A DNA stretch of 64,000 nucleotides, taken from contig MCFH01000101.1 of the NCBI GenBank assembly GCA_002104945.1, positions 1-64,000 on the forward strand, read 5' to 3'. Shown one piece after another: positions 1 through 14,406 of this stretch. The first letter of the stretch is position 1; each line of letters opens with the position of its first letter. The stretch comes from Piromyces finnis finn. Its lineage: Eukaryota; Fungi; Neocallimastigomycota. The notes under the pieces are model-generated. The model worked only from the letters and a program-made list of their open reading frames with translations, searched no databases and had not been told where the DNA came from. The translations under genes were made by a program, and so were the position numbers.

Positions 1-2376
1 GTAAATGGAGAATGTGTATTGATTATAGAAGACTTAATGAAATTACCATTAAGGATTCTTATGCACTTCCTTTTATTGATGAATTAATTTCTTCTGTTAA
101 TGGTGCAAAAATATTTTCTGCTTTAGATTTATATTCTGGCTATCATCAAATTCCTATGAATCCAAATGATATTGAAAAAACTGCTTTTACAACAAAATTT
201 GGTAATTATAATTTTAAAGTAATGCCATTTGGTTTAACTAATGCTCCCGCTACTTTCCAGCGAGAAATGAATAGGATTCTCTTACCATTAATTGGTAAAT
301 GTCTTTTTGTTTATATTGATGATATTGTTGTTTATTCTAAATCACCTGAAGAACATCTTTATCATTTACAACAAGTTTTTGAAATATTATCTAAATATAA
401 TCTTTCTCTTAATTTACAAAAATGTAAATTCTTTCAAGAAAAGGTAGAAGTACTAGGACATGTACTTACACCTAATGGATTAAAAACTGTTCCTTCTAAA
501 GTTCAAAGTATTGCCTTATGGAATGCTCCAAGAAATGTTAATGAACTAAGATCATTCCTAGGTTTAGCTAGTTATTACCGGCAAATTTATTCAAAATTTT
601 TCTATTAGAGCAAGTTCTCTTTTTAATTTATTAAAGAAAGACCAAGAATATATTTGGTCACAAGAATGTAATGATGCTTTTGAAGATATTCGACAATGTC
701 TATTAAGTGATCCTATTTTAAGTTATCCTGATTTTAATAAAGAATTTATTATTCGTACTGATGCATCAACTAATGGCATTGGTGCTGTACTCTTACAGGT
801 GGAGGGGGACAAATTGGAACATCCAATTTGTTGTATTAGTCGTACTTTATCTACTTCAGAAAAGAATTATTCTGTTACTGATCTTGAAGGATTAGCAATT
901 TATTATGCTATTTTACAATTTCGTCAATATATTATAAGTAATAAAAATCCTACCATATTAATTACCGATCATAAACCATTACTTGGATTCTATAAAAAGA
1001 ATATTCCATCAAAAGGTAGACATGCAAGATGGATTGAAGAATTTAATAAATATAAAATTGAATTAAAATATGATAAAGGAAAGAAAAATGTTTTTGCTGA
1101 TGCTCTTTCAAGATTGCCTTCTAAAAACTCTAATGAAATAGTAAATTGCGCTTATGCAATTTTATCTGATTTTAATCCAAGAGATTTAGACCTACCTGAA
1201 GGAATAAAAAAATATTTTACTAAAAATTATCAAGTTGTTGATAATACTCTTTATTACAAAAAGGATGAATTATATCTTAAAGTTATTTATAAAGATGAAG
1301 ATAAAAAGGATATTATTAGTCGTGCTCATTCTGTTGGTCATGAAGGTGCTGAAAAGACCACAAATAGAATTTTAAAATCTTACTATTGGCCTGGTATTTG
1401 GAATGATGTAAGAATGTGGGTAAAGTCCTGTAGAAAATGTCAACTTTGTAGACCTAAGCCTTTACCTAAAAATACTGAAGATAATATAACCCCAATTGAA
1501 CAACCATTTACTAGAGTCGGATTAGATATAGTTGGTCCATTACCACTTACTAAACATGGAAATTCTTATATTATTACCCTTGTTGATTATTTCACCAAAT
1601 GGGTTGAAGCTAAAGCAATCCCAAATATGAAATCAGAAGAAGTAATAAAATTTTTAATAGAAGTAATAACAAGACACGGTCCACCAGAAATAATTGTTAC
1701 TGATAATGGAAGTTCGTTTATGTCTGATATTACTAAAATGATGATTGATCTATATGGATCATGGGTTCATTTTGTTTCTCCTCATCACCCACAATCTAAT
1801 GGTATGATTGAAAATAGAAACAAAGAAATTGGAAAAACTTTAAGACTTTTAATTGAAAATGAATCCGAATGGGATGAATATTTACCATCTGCACTTTGGG
1901 CACTTAGAACCACCAAAAATTCAAAAACTAAGTTTAGTAGTTTCGAACTATTATATGGTAGAAGAGACACATGGCCATTAGAAATAATGTTTCCTGATAT
2001 TTATAAAGATCCTAATGAAACAGAAGAAGAATATATTTTTCGAAGATTTTTAAGGCATCAAAATTGGGTAAAACAAGCTACTGAATATTCTAATCATGCT
2101 AATCAATATTGGGAACATAGAATAGGTTTATCCAAAGCTTTAAAGAAGACTTATAAACCAGGTGATTATGTTATGATAAGATTAATAGGAAGAAGTAAAT
2201 TAAATCCTTATTTTTATGGTCCTTATAAAGTTGTTAATAAACAAAAATTTAATACTGTTGTACTTGAAGATCCACATACAGGAAAACTACTTGATAGAAA
2301 TGTGCATATTAAAAATATTTTTCCTTACGTTCTACCAGAACAAAATTTGACTTCAAGGGACGAAGTTAATTCTTAA
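1..2376 (+). mobile_element. pol: Ty3/Gypsy pol (RT, RNase H, integrase with GPY/F motif, no chromodomain); 5' part outside window; one +1 frameshift near 582
   Basis: RT motifs CIDYRRLN, MPFGLTNAPATFQR, YIDDIV in 12..608. After YYR the frame resumes at 583 (KFIQNFS..IIRTDASTNGIGAVLLQ), in frame with ORF 799..2376, which has RNase H (TDHKPL, ADALSR), the integrase zinc finger (H..GHEG..CRKC), the D,D35E core and YFYGPYKV. Confidence 0.96.
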
Positions 2377-2389
2377 AAGGCCGAGAAAC

Positions 2390-3179
2390 TGATAAATAAT
2401 GAAATTAATAAATATAAAATTATTATTATACCTGATTTTTAAGTTAACCCTAAAAGTAACTTAAAACAAGTTATAGTTTAATTAAGTACTTTACCAAAAT
2501 TCTTAAATAAAATTAATCCTAAACACTGCATATATTTTGATTATTGAAAGAAAATAATAAACTTTAATTAATCGAGATCAAAATATATAACTTTTGTTAA
2601 ATTAATTATTAAATTAAATATTTAATAACTTCGTTAGTAAATTACACTTTAAAAGTAAACAAATATAATAATTCATGTTATAAAATAATATAATTAAACA
2701 CCTTTATTAAAACATTAAAAATAATTATTACTTTAATTAATTGTAAAATAAACAACTTTTATATTCTTTAACTTTTAATTATTTCTTTTATTGTTATTTC
2801 TAATTACTTTTATTACTTTTATTGTAAATAGTTATTAATTTTATTGTTTTAATGTAAATAGTTTAAATTTAAAAGAAAATATAAATACATGTAAATATTC
2901 TTATTTTAATCATTATTATTATTATTAATAAAGAAATATTATAATTTTAATAATCACTTTTATAATTAATTAAATAAAATTTTAAATATTTAAATATTAG
3001 AAAAACGAGTGTTTCTAATAAAACAATTTAGTGTTTTTAATAAAACAATTTTATTAATCTTTATAAAAACAATTTCAAATTCTAATCCATATAACTTATA
3101 TAGTTATAACTCAAGATATAATATAATAATCACTTATTGAAGTAAAATTCAAAATTAAGATTATTATCAAATTATATCA
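2390..3179 (+). mobile_element. 3' LTR of the window-start element (family A, copy A1, 790 bp)
   Basis: Starts TGATAAATAAT 13 bp after the pol stop, behind a purine-rich tract (aaggccgagaaac). Ends ATTATATCA. Same sequence recurs at 43698-44503 and 45430-48096. Confidence 0.92.
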
Positions 3180-3235
3180 TTTCAAATAAATAATTAAATT
3201 TATAAATTACAAATTAATAATAATAACAATAATGT

Positions 3236-4365
3236 TGTCACGAATACTAGTAAAATTACAATTTCAAGATCACTTGGAATTGTGAAATCACTTATGAAAA
3301 TTCAAAATCAACAAATATTTTATTTTCAAATAAATTATAAAATTTTATTAAGAAATATTTAAAAATTTAGAAAAGGTTAAAATATGACCTTAACCCTTAA
3401 TAATTTTTATAATAAATAACTTTAACCCTTATCGTTAAAATGGAATAAGGAAAAACACGCGTATCTCCTCAACGAATGACGATTTTTGAATAAAAATATT
3501 TTGGTTATAATTACGTTCGTTAGAAAGCCACGCTCGAGACAAACAACATATCTTAAAATCAGGTCAATATCTCTGCTGGTTCACGAGATATTCCAATTTA
3601 AAGATATTTTGTTAGCAATGATTAATTGTTTATTCAGAGAATGATCACCCCTGATATATCAAACATAAATCATTCACTCAAAGTATAAAAATTATTGTTT
3701 AATTAAATTAAAATTATTTTCCGGAACTAATTAACTTTATTTTATAATAATTATTTCAATAACATAATTTATAATCTTTGAACTAGAGGATTATAATTAT
3801 TAATATTATATTCAATGAATTATATTATAATCAAGAAATAATTAATATTATGAATATTATAAACAATAGTTATTTTTTAATAATTAGGAATAAGTCTTAA
3901 GTTTAGTTTAAGTATTATAAAATATATTATGAATATAATCATGTATTGAAAAGTTATTTTATTATTAAATGTAAAATTACAAATAGTATAAATAGTTTAG
4001 AATAATTTATGAAATTAAAATCTTTGTAAAGATTATTAACCAAAAATTATTAACCATAAATTATTAAATTATTAACTATAAATTATTAACTAAAGATTAT
4101 TAACTATAAATTATTAACTATTAATAATAATTAATACTTAATGAGTATCACTACTAAATAATCTTATTATTATATATTTTAGCACTATATCATTAAATAA
4201 AATAAAAGAAATTATTTTAACCATAATATATAATTTAATTATTCATTTATAAATCAATTAAGATTATTTTAATAAAACATTTTTTTTTCTAACCTAGTTA
4301 TCTTTTAACCTTTTATTTAATTTAATATTTTAATATTAAATTATAAGTTTAGTAAAACTTTTACA
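3236..4365. mobile_element. Solo LTR family F (copy F1), TSD AATGT
   Basis: TGTCACGAAT..TTTTACA flanked by AATGT at 3231-3235 and 4366-4370. Absent from the paralogous region near 56957. Reverse copies at 38196-39069 and ending at 49669. Confidence 0.88.
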
Positions 4366-4367
4366 AA

Positions 4368-4994
4368 TGTCATGAATATTAGTGGATTCATGATAATTTA
4401 TTTAAATAATGTTTTATACATTTAATTAATTAGGAGTAATAATTTTATAAAACATTATTAAACAATATTTTTAGAGATTTCTATTAATTATAATTATTAA
4501 GATTTTATATTTATTAAAGTTTAAATAATATCTCTTTGTTCATTTGATGTGGAAGGAAATTTAAATAAATGAAATAGTTAGTCATTCCTCCCTCAAATGA
4601 TTGAAATGGTTTAAGCAATTAAATAAAGGCAAGTCATAAGCTTAAAATCATTATATAAATATTTAATATATTTTAATTTATAGAATAGTTAATTATATTA
4701 AAATTGAAATCATGTATTTTATAATTAATGTAACTTATTAAATAGATTAATCATTTATTAATTGATTTAAAAATTATAAATACTCGAAATTGATTCAACA
4801 ATTGAACTTTTCGAGAAATCATTAAGTTTGATAACTCTACTTAGTGAATTAATAAAATATTTGGTTAATAAGATGTATTAATAAATTTATTAATAAATAA
4901 AAGTATTATAATAATACATAATTTATATTAAATTAATAAGTAGGGTTAGGGCATTCTGACCTAACTTACCTAAATTCATCTTAGATCCTTAACA
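4368..4994. mobile_element. Solo LTR family D
   Basis: TGTCATGAATATTAGTGGATTCATG..CCTTAACA; near-identical to 56957-57582, which has TSD AATAA. Confidence 0.85.
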
Positions 4995-5705
<711 letters not shown>

Positions 5706-5709
5706 TTTC

Positions 5710-6226
5710 TAATAAAGAATAAAATTTATAAATAATCAATCAATATAAACTCTGACTTAAAAATTTTATTATAAATCTAATATTAAATTAAAATAGCAAA
5801 CAATTAAGATAATGTAAAATATAAATATTTAATTAAATTTTAAAAATGTAAAATATAAACAATTTTTGTTTATAAACAAACTTAAATGTAATTAAATAGT
5901 ATAAATTGAAATAGAAAACATTATTTTAAAAACTGTTACTAATTAGCCAGGAAAATTAGAATATTTTAATAATAAAATAATAAATTAATATTTAATATAT
6001 TTTCTTTTATAATACATAGCGAGATGTATTATATATTTATTTATTTTAAATAAATAAACTGATGTTATAAAACAAAATATTTTTAAAACTTTAAATTATA
6101 TTTATTAATTATATATAAAACTTGTAGAATGAGCAAGTGAGCAAGTAAAAATAAATCATTCAATTACACACGAATATACCACTTTCTAATTTTATTTAGA
6201 ATTAAGGTATATTTAAACTTGTGTCA
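5710..6226. mobile_element. Solo LTR family I (I1), 4-bp TSD TTTC
   Basis: TAATAAAGAAT (TG decayed to TA)..CTTGTGTCA flanked by TTTC at 5706-5709 and 6227-6230. Inverted copy at 7228-7734. Confidence 0.78.
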
Positions 6227-6282
6227 TTTCCGATAAAGAATGAAATTTATAAATAATTAGTCAATATAAAATCTGATTTTAA

Positions 6283-7223
6283 TGTCAAAATCACAATTCA
6301 TGAAATTTGACATTTCATGAAATTTCATAATTTTGAAATTATTAATTAAATTAATTAAAATATTAATTTAATAATATTTTACTAATAATAGTTTATTTAA
6401 TATAAATATTAAACAAACCAATTAGTAAAATATGATTCATTTAAATAATTATTAATATTATTTTTAACAACTTATTAATATCGATATTTAAAGAAAATTA
6501 TATTATATTATTATTATATTTTATTAATATTTATATTTATATTTATATTATTATACATGTATAACTTAAATTATATTATTATTATACTTTATTAATATCA
6601 ATATTATATTAAAGATGAAAGTATAAATAAGTTGAACAAAGAACAACTTTAAGAAGTTCTTTGTGAGATTATTAATACTCATTTTTTTATATAGTAAATT
6701 CAATATTTAAAATTGATAATTATCTATTTATATTATAAAAATTAAATAAAATAATTCTTTATATTTAAATAATATTTATTTTATATTTAAATAATATTTA
6801 TATAATATTTAATATGTATTATTATAGTAAATAATATTATTAATTATTAACCAATAATAGTTAATATATATTAATAATATTATAAAAGAAAACATGTAAA
6901 CAAACGCTAATACTTTAGCGTTAGTATTAAAGTAAAATAATGTAATAAATAATTAATAATAAAGAATAGTTATATTTAAAATAGTTAAAGATACTTTATA
7001 TTAGTAAGAGAAATAAGGCGAATAAACATTTATTATTATATATAACTAAATTGTTTTATTCATTATTTAATTACTGATTTCTTTATAAATTTTAATATAA
7101 AAACATTACATATAATACTAGCTCGTGTGAGAGGTTGTTATTTATTTATTATTGTAATATTTTTTTATATAAAATAATATATAAATCTATCCCTCTTATA
7201 GAAAATATAATAAACCTTTTACA
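6283..7223. mobile_element. Fused reversed K-family LTR (6283 to about 6761) and reversed J-family LTR (about 6762 to 7223)
   Basis: 6283 starts with TGTCAAAATC, the reverse of the K end. The right part is the reverse complement of 53815 onward (TGTAAAAGGTTTATTATATTTTCTATAAGAGG). Confidence 0.65.
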
Positions 7224-7227
7224 AAAG

Positions 7228-7734
7228 TGACACAAGTTCAAATACTTAATTCTAAATAGGTTTAGAAAGTGGTATATTTGTATGTAATTGAATGATTTAT
7301 TTTTACTTGCTCACTTGCTCATTCTACAAGTTTATATAAATACTAAATATAATTTAAAGTTTTAAAAACATCTTGTTTTATAATATTAGTTTATTTATTT
7401 AGAAAAAATGTATAATACATCTCGCTATGTATTATAAAAGAAAATATATTAAAAATTAATTTATTATTTTATTATTAAAATATTCTAATTTTCCTGGCTA
7501 ATTAGTAACAGTTTTTAAAATAATGTTTTCTATTTCAATTTATACTATTTAATTACATTTAAGTTTGTTTATAAACAAAAATTGTTTATATTTTACATTT
7601 TTAAAATTTAATTAAATATTTATATTTTACATTATTTTAATTGTTTACTATTTTAATTTAATATTAGATTTATAATAAAATTTTTAAGTCAGAGTTTATA
7701 TTGATTGATTATTTATAAATTTTATTCTTTATCA
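7228..7734. mobile_element. Solo LTR family I, reversed (I3), 4-bp TSD AAAG
   Basis: TGACACAAG..CTTTATCA flanked by AAAG at 7224-7227 and 7735-7738. Reverse complement of 5710-6226. Confidence 0.85.
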
Positions 7735-8337
7735 AAAGTCTGTCACAATACCATATATAAAAATTTAAAAAATTTTGACACATGGAAAAAAATAAAATTT
7801 ATTTTTTAAATTTTTATTAAAAAAATTCAAAGTATAAAATTTCTAATCCTTTGAGATTATTAAATTTTTTTCAATTATTAAAATTTTATTATTAAAAATT
7901 TTATTTTAAATTTATTAACTATTTACAATAATTATAGTAATTATTAATTTATAAAAATTAAATATTTTATAATTAAACAATAGTTAATTAAAATTAAAAA
8001 TGTAATAATTAAAATTGTTCATGTATAAAAAGAACAAAAATTGACAAAAATTACGAAGCTTTAGCGTTAGTAATTTTTTTTTACTTAAAGTCAATAAAAT
8101 TTATAAACTCCTATAAAACCTACAATTTTAAAAATTTTAATATTTTTAATAACTTAATATATTCTGATATTAAGTTATTACTAAAATAAAGATATTATTT
8201 AATTTTCTTTATATAAATATCATTAGCTTTACGCCTTTAATAGGAAAGCGTATTATATTTGTTAGTTAATATAACTAGTGTGCTTACCACACTTTTCTTT
8301 AATAAAAAATCGCTTTTTTTTATAAAGCTATAAAGTA

Positions 8338-8419
8338 GTCACTTTGGCGGAGTGGTTAACGCGGTGGCCTGCTAAGCCATTTCCCTTTGGGAGCGCAGGT
8401 TCGAGTCCTGCAGGTGACG
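8338..8419 (+). tRNA. tRNA-Ser(GCT)
   Basis: Acceptor GTCACTT/AGGTGAC, anticodon arm GTGGC-CTGCTAA-GCCAT, long variable arm, GGTTCGAGTCC. Confidence 0.96.
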
Positions 8420-8429
8420 AAATATTTAT

Positions 8430-8502
8430 GCGAAGTTGGCGCAGTCGGCAGCGCGTAAGTCTCATAATCTTAAGGTCGTGAGTTCGAACCTCACACTTCG
8501 CA
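8430..8502 (+). tRNA. tRNA-Met(CAT), elongator type; 10 nt downstream of tRNA-Ser
   Basis: GCGAAGT/ACTTCGC acceptor, loop CTCATAA, GTTCGAAC T-loop. Identical copy at 50861. Confidence 0.95.
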
Positions 8503-8599
8503 TATTATTTTAAATAGAATTTTTTTTTTTTCTTTATTTTAAAAACCATGCATAAATATTAAACTATAAAGCAATATACCGATATATAATAATAATAAA

Positions 8600-8770
<171 letters not shown>

Positions 8771-9140
8771 AATAATAATAATAATCATTATCGTCATAAT
8801 CAAATGTTTTTTTATTTAGTTATTTTTTTTTTTTTATTTTATTTTAAATAATAAACTAATAAAAAAATTTTTTACTTAATTTTATTTGGTTATTTATAAA
8901 ATATATTCATTATTAGTTTTGCTTATTAAGTTATGCTAATGTTACTAATATTTTATTAATTATATTATTAAATTGCTAATCTTTCAAAGAACTTCAAAAA
9001 CTACTTTAATTCTTTGTTTAAACACTTTTTCTTACATTTAATAAAAATGCATTGATATTAATAATAAGAATAAAAATAAAAATAGAAATAAAATTATAAT
9101 TTTAAACTAAATATTAATATTAATATTATATAATACGAAT

Positions 9141-9788
9141 TGTCATAAAATTGTGTAAAGCTAGACACAAAATCGAATAGATTACGACATCTAATCTTTT
9201 ACAGTAACAACACAGAATAAAATATGTTTTTATATAAATTTTTTTTATTAATTTACTGTAATAAAATTGTTAATCACAATTACATCGATAAAATGATGAA
9301 AAATACCTTCTATTTATATTTTTCCTAAATACATTTATATTATATTATAACTATTTATTTAATATTGATATAAAATATAAATTATAAACCTTAATTATTA
9401 TAAATTGGTAAATATATAATAATTACATAAAATCCATAAATTTATTTACTACAAAAATCTTAAGTTTACATAAAAAGTTATAGTCGTGGCGTATATTTAA
9501 ATTATGATTATCACGAGATATTATTGTACATAAATAAATGTTATTTCTTATTTCATTAATGTTTCTATATTTATTTTATATATTATTACTAATTTTATTA
9601 TATTTATATTATTTCTAGTTCTAAATTAAATTTTATATTACTTATTCTTAAATTAAATATTTAGTATATATTATGGAAAATATGAATTATTGAAAACACG
9701 TTTTGTATTATTAATATTAATAATCAATAAAGTATTTAATCACAAAAACCCTTGAAAAATAAGATTGAATTGAACCGTGTTATATTAT
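9141..9788 (+). mobile_element. Probable 5' LTR (family W, related to reversed N) of the central Gypsy element; right end approximate
   Basis: Starts TGTCATAAAA, shares TTACATCGATAAAATGAT..TTTTCCTAAATACATTT with the reverse of family N, and is followed directly by a PBS and gag. Terminal CA not preserved. Confidence 0.55.
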
Positions 9789-9789
9789 T

Positions 9790-9804
9790 TGGTGGAGATA
9801 TCGG
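9790..9804 (+). promoter_or_regulatory. Primer binding site, probably tRNA-Ala
   Basis: TGGTGGAGATATCGG is complementary to a tRNA ending ..ATCTCCA-CCA, as eukaryotic tRNA-Ala does, and lies between LTR and gag. Confidence 0.65.
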
Positions 9805-9927
9805 TTCTTTTAAGGGAGGAGTGATTGTAGTTGTATTTTAATTATTTTGAATAGTAGTTGCTGATTTAAAATAATTTTACTTTGTGTTATTTATATATGT
9901 ATATATATATAATTGTATTCTATTATA

Positions 9928-11134
9928 AAAATGCCTGAAGAAGCTTTAAGACAACAAAATAAAATCCTCACACTTCAACGTGTCACTGGCATCAGTGATA
10001 AAGATAATGATGTTGACATGTGGTATGAACAAATATGCACGCTTGGACGGACCTTCACAAGATCGACGACAAGAAGGAAATCTACGAATGGTGCTTACTT
10101 ACTGTCAAGGGTAGCGGTGCCAAGGAGATTAGAAGATGCATTACTCATGGTCCAAATGGAAAAATCTACCCAGACTTGGAGACCATAAGAGATATTCTCA
10201 AAAATTTGTACGACCTGGAATACAAGCCGGAAGATATAATTGACGACTTAAAGTAATTAAAAATAGGCAACAAAGAGGATATCAAAGAATTCAATAAAAA
10301 GTACAAAAGTAAGTATAATCAACTTGAATCTTTTGATCAAAATGGTATTACTGTGGCCGACTATTTAAATGCAATTAAATCAAGAACGGAATTATGGAAA
10401 GGTGTTAAGCTAACTGGTAGATGGATCAAATTAAATGAAGCATTCAAAATTGCAGAGTTATATGACAAAGTTGATAAGAAAATGAAGAATAAATCTACTA
10501 GTAAGTCTTCTTTTGGCTCCTCTTCTCGAGTAAATAGTGGTAGTGGGGGAAACTCTAGTTTTCAGAAGAAAGCCAATATTAATAAGCCTGAAGAATATAG
10601 TGAGAGGATTAGTAAAAAATAATACCAATCCTTTCAAAGTTCAATTTTGTTATTTCTGCTGTAACTCTGGTCACATCTGGTCACAAGAAGAGTAGTTGTC
10701 CTGAGTATTCTAAATATGAATGTATGAAATATCAAGATATGATGAGTCGCAGTAAACATAACAATAACTTTGAAGAAGAACACTCTAGTGACTCCGAAAA
10801 TGATTCTTTAAACTATTAGACGGGAGTGAGCGTTCTCCCGTAAATAATAACGCTCCAGAAGAAATGAAATATTATTATGTGGATAGTATCAAAAGAAAGA
10901 AGATGTCCTCAGAATCTGAAGTTGAAATTAAACATCCTAAAAAGTAAGCAAAAGAAAAGAAAAAGGTTCATTTAGATGAAAATATTGAAGGAGACAAAAA
11001 GAAAACTTCTCAAAGTAATACAAAAAAACCAAAAAGGAAAATATTACTACCTCTCCTGATGAAAGTCTACTTGATAATATTAATAATTTGGATGCATCAA
11101 ATCCAAATAATATATTCATTAAGACGCATGATAG
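9928..11134 (+). pseudogene. gag: Degenerate Gypsy gag with CCHC zinc knuckle
   Basis: Frameshifted ORFs 9913-10622. At about 10647-10702 CYFCCNSGHKKSSC (CX2CX4HX4C) is readable after removing a 10-bp tandem duplication (atctggtcac). Confidence 0.75.
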
Positions 11135-11845
11135 TTAATAATTAATTAAATAATTATTAAATAATAATTTTGATATTTTAATGAAAAATTAATTATAAAA
11201 TTTATTGTATAAATTTTATGGAATAATTAAATAAAGATTAATTTTAAAATATCAAAGTTAGAAATGAAATTTGGATAAATATTTAAATTAATGGATAATT
11301 AAATTTAAATATTTTAAATATTCAAATTAAATCTTAAAAAGTTTTTATTTAATTAAAATTAGTTTAATAACTTTAGCGTAGTTTTAAATTAGCATTTTTT
11401 TAATAGCAAAGATATAATAAATAGTATTATTAATATTTAATTAATATATAGGTAATACATGGACTGTATTTAATTTATAGTTTACTCAAATTGAATCAAA
11501 AGTGTATTTAATTAGTTTTAGTTTAGTTTTATTATTTTATTATTTAATTAAATTAGTATTAATTTAGTTTTGTTTATTTTCTATTGAATATATATATAAT
11601 TAAATAGAATAGTATATTAAAGTATATTTTACAAAAAATATAAATACATGTAAAAATTTCAAAATAAAACAATGTAATTGTTATTGACTATTATTTAGTT
11701 AATAACTAAATAAAATTAATAAAAAGAGATATTTAAACATATTTTTTTTTTTTTTTTTTTTTTGTTTTTTTTTTATTTTATTTTTGTGTTTTTGTTTTAT
11801 TGTAAAATTTTATAATCTGTTTTAAATTTTTATAAAACTTTTACA
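11135..11845. mobile_element. Solo LTR family O (O1), 5'-truncated, inserted in the central element
   Basis: Matches 15750-16448. Ends CTTTTACA; flanks GATAG/AATAG; coding-like sequence resumes on the right. Confidence 0.75.
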
Positions 11846-14406
11846 AATAGTGATAGCGATATTAAAAATAATAGTAATGGTGTAGATCATAAAAATTTTA
11901 ATAAAGAAGATATTAAAAACTATATTTATGAAGTATCAAATATAAAGAATAATAGTAAGAGTAAGTTTAAAACATCCAAAAAGGAAATAGATATTAGTAC
12001 AGAACATAATAAATTAGGAAATAGTAAAATTAAGGAAAGTAGTACTACTCCTAATTTGGAAAGTAATCAAAATAATTATGTTCCATACATGGAAAGTAAT
12101 ATATTTGAAATTTGAAAAGAAAATTTTGTCACAAGGCAATTCACGTGATAACATAAATTGTAAGAATATGGCAGACATACCAAATGTTGTAAAACAGGAA
12201 GAAGTGTCAAATTATAACACCAGACATACGGTGTTAGCAAAAGTTAATAATATGGAACCACATGATATCAGTAAAGATTTGATAAATACTAAATGTAATA
12301 TTACATTTGGACAAGTTTTGGACAAGTTTTGGACAAGTTTTGGACATATGTCCAAAATTAAGAAATGAACTATTTAAAAATTTAAAATTAGACAAAGTTC
12401 AATTTATTGGTTCCATTGATAAAGATAAAGGATCATTTCTTTATAATATGAACAATACACACAAGATTCCTAATAATTTTAGAGAAGACGACCTTGGTGT
12501 TGTAGCCTGTTCTGTGGATGGTGTAAATGGGAAATTATTAATTGATTCAGGAAACAATTTGGATTTGGTAACATACAGTTACTTAAATAGTCTCCCAGGA
12601 CAGTATAAACTAGTTGGCTTCTGTAGAGGTCGTATATCCGAGACTCTAGATGATAGTACTATTGCTGATGCTATTGTAGTCCGTTTATGCGTTAAAATAA
12701 ATAATTATGAATTTGCAGCTGATTTTTGTGTTGTTAAACATAAAGCTACATATTTTGATGTTCTTCTAGGTTTGAAGTCTACTACTGATAATGTTTTTTT
12801 AATTCATCCTTTTACCAAATCGTCATGTAGGTTTAAAGACATCAATAACTTCGAGAATATTTCTCCATTACTCGAGAATCAAGAATTGCCTATTATCACT
12901 TGTTTTGTTAAATATATAGGTCCAACCAAGAATTGTTTTTTCTCTTAATTGGGAAGAAGAGATTTCCGATAATGATATGGTTACACCAAATATGAATGTT
13001 GGTGCGAAGTCCTTGTCTCCATATGATTATATTAGGTATATTAGGAATCCTGAATTTTTTGTCTGGTTTAGACCCAGCTTATAGAAAGAATGTTACTAAC
13101 CTTCTTAGTGAATATATTGATGTGGTAGCTACATCTACAGAAGAATTAACTCCATCTAAATTAAACCTGCACCACATCGAATTAAAGCCTGGTTCCGTTC
13201 CGTTCAAGAGTCGTTTTTATGGTCTGAATAAGGCTAAGTCAGATATTCTCAAGGAAGAGTTATCAAAACTCTTAAATAAAGGACTAATTAAACCTTCGAA
13301 GTCTTCTTGGTCATCTCTTATTGTTTTAGTCTCAAAGAATAATGGTAAATGGCGCTTGTGTTGTGATTATAGAAAATTAAATGGTATGACAGTTCCTGAC
13401 TCATATTCAATTCCAAATATTGATGAGATTTTTCATAGTCTCCATGGCGCAAAGGTATTCTCTACGCTGGACTTGTTCTCTGGTTACCATTAAATTCTTA
13501 TGGATGAAGGAAGTAGAGATTTAACTAGTTTTACTACAAAGTTTGGTAACTTTGTATATAAGGTAATACCCTTTGGTCTAACTGGTGCTCCTGCAGCTTT
13601 TCAAAGAAAAATGAATCGAATTCTCTTTGATCTTCTGGGAAATTGTACTTTTGTTTTCATGAATGATGTTCTAATTTTCTCTAAAAATGAAGAAAATCAT
13701 ATTAAATATATTACACAAGTCCTATCCACTTTTAGGAAACATAAAGTTAAAATCAACATTGAGAAATATTGCTTCTTTAAGGAGGAGGTGGAGGTGCTAG
13801 GACATGTGGTTTCTAAGGATGGGTTAAAAACAATGAAATCAAGAATTGAAGCAATAAAAAATTGAACAAAACCAGAAAATATTAGTGAACTCAGATCCTT
13901 TCTAGGTACTGTAGGATATTACAGAAAATTTATTAAAGATTATACTAAACTGGCTGCTCCATTAAACAAATTGTTAAGAAAGGACGAGCCATATATTTGG
14001 GAGAAAGATCAACAAAATAGTTTTAATGTATTAAAGGATGCAATTATTAGTGCACCAATTTTGAGATATCCAGATTATAATAAACAATTTATTATTAGGA
14101 CAGACGCTTGCTTAGACGGTATTGGAGGTGTGCTACTACAAGTGGGTGAAAAAGACAATTTAGAACATCCGATACACTTTGTCAGTAGAACTCTAACGAA
14201 GGCAGAAAGAAATTATAGTATTACTGATCTAGAAGGAACTGCAGTATACTATTGTGCAAAGGAGTTTAAGTACTACATATCTGGGAATAAATATGAAACT
14301 CTTTTATATGCAGACCACAAACCATTAGTAGGTCTGTTTGACAACAAAGAACCAAACAGTATGAGGCACACAAGGTGATACATCCTCATCCTCATAAGTA
14401 TGCTGA

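Noticed and set aside
7741-8337. LTR P as a targeted insertion upstream of tRNA-Ser
   Set aside because: It starts with TG and has a relative near 51900, but I could not fix a right terminus or TSD, so tRNA-Ser is not counted as evidence.
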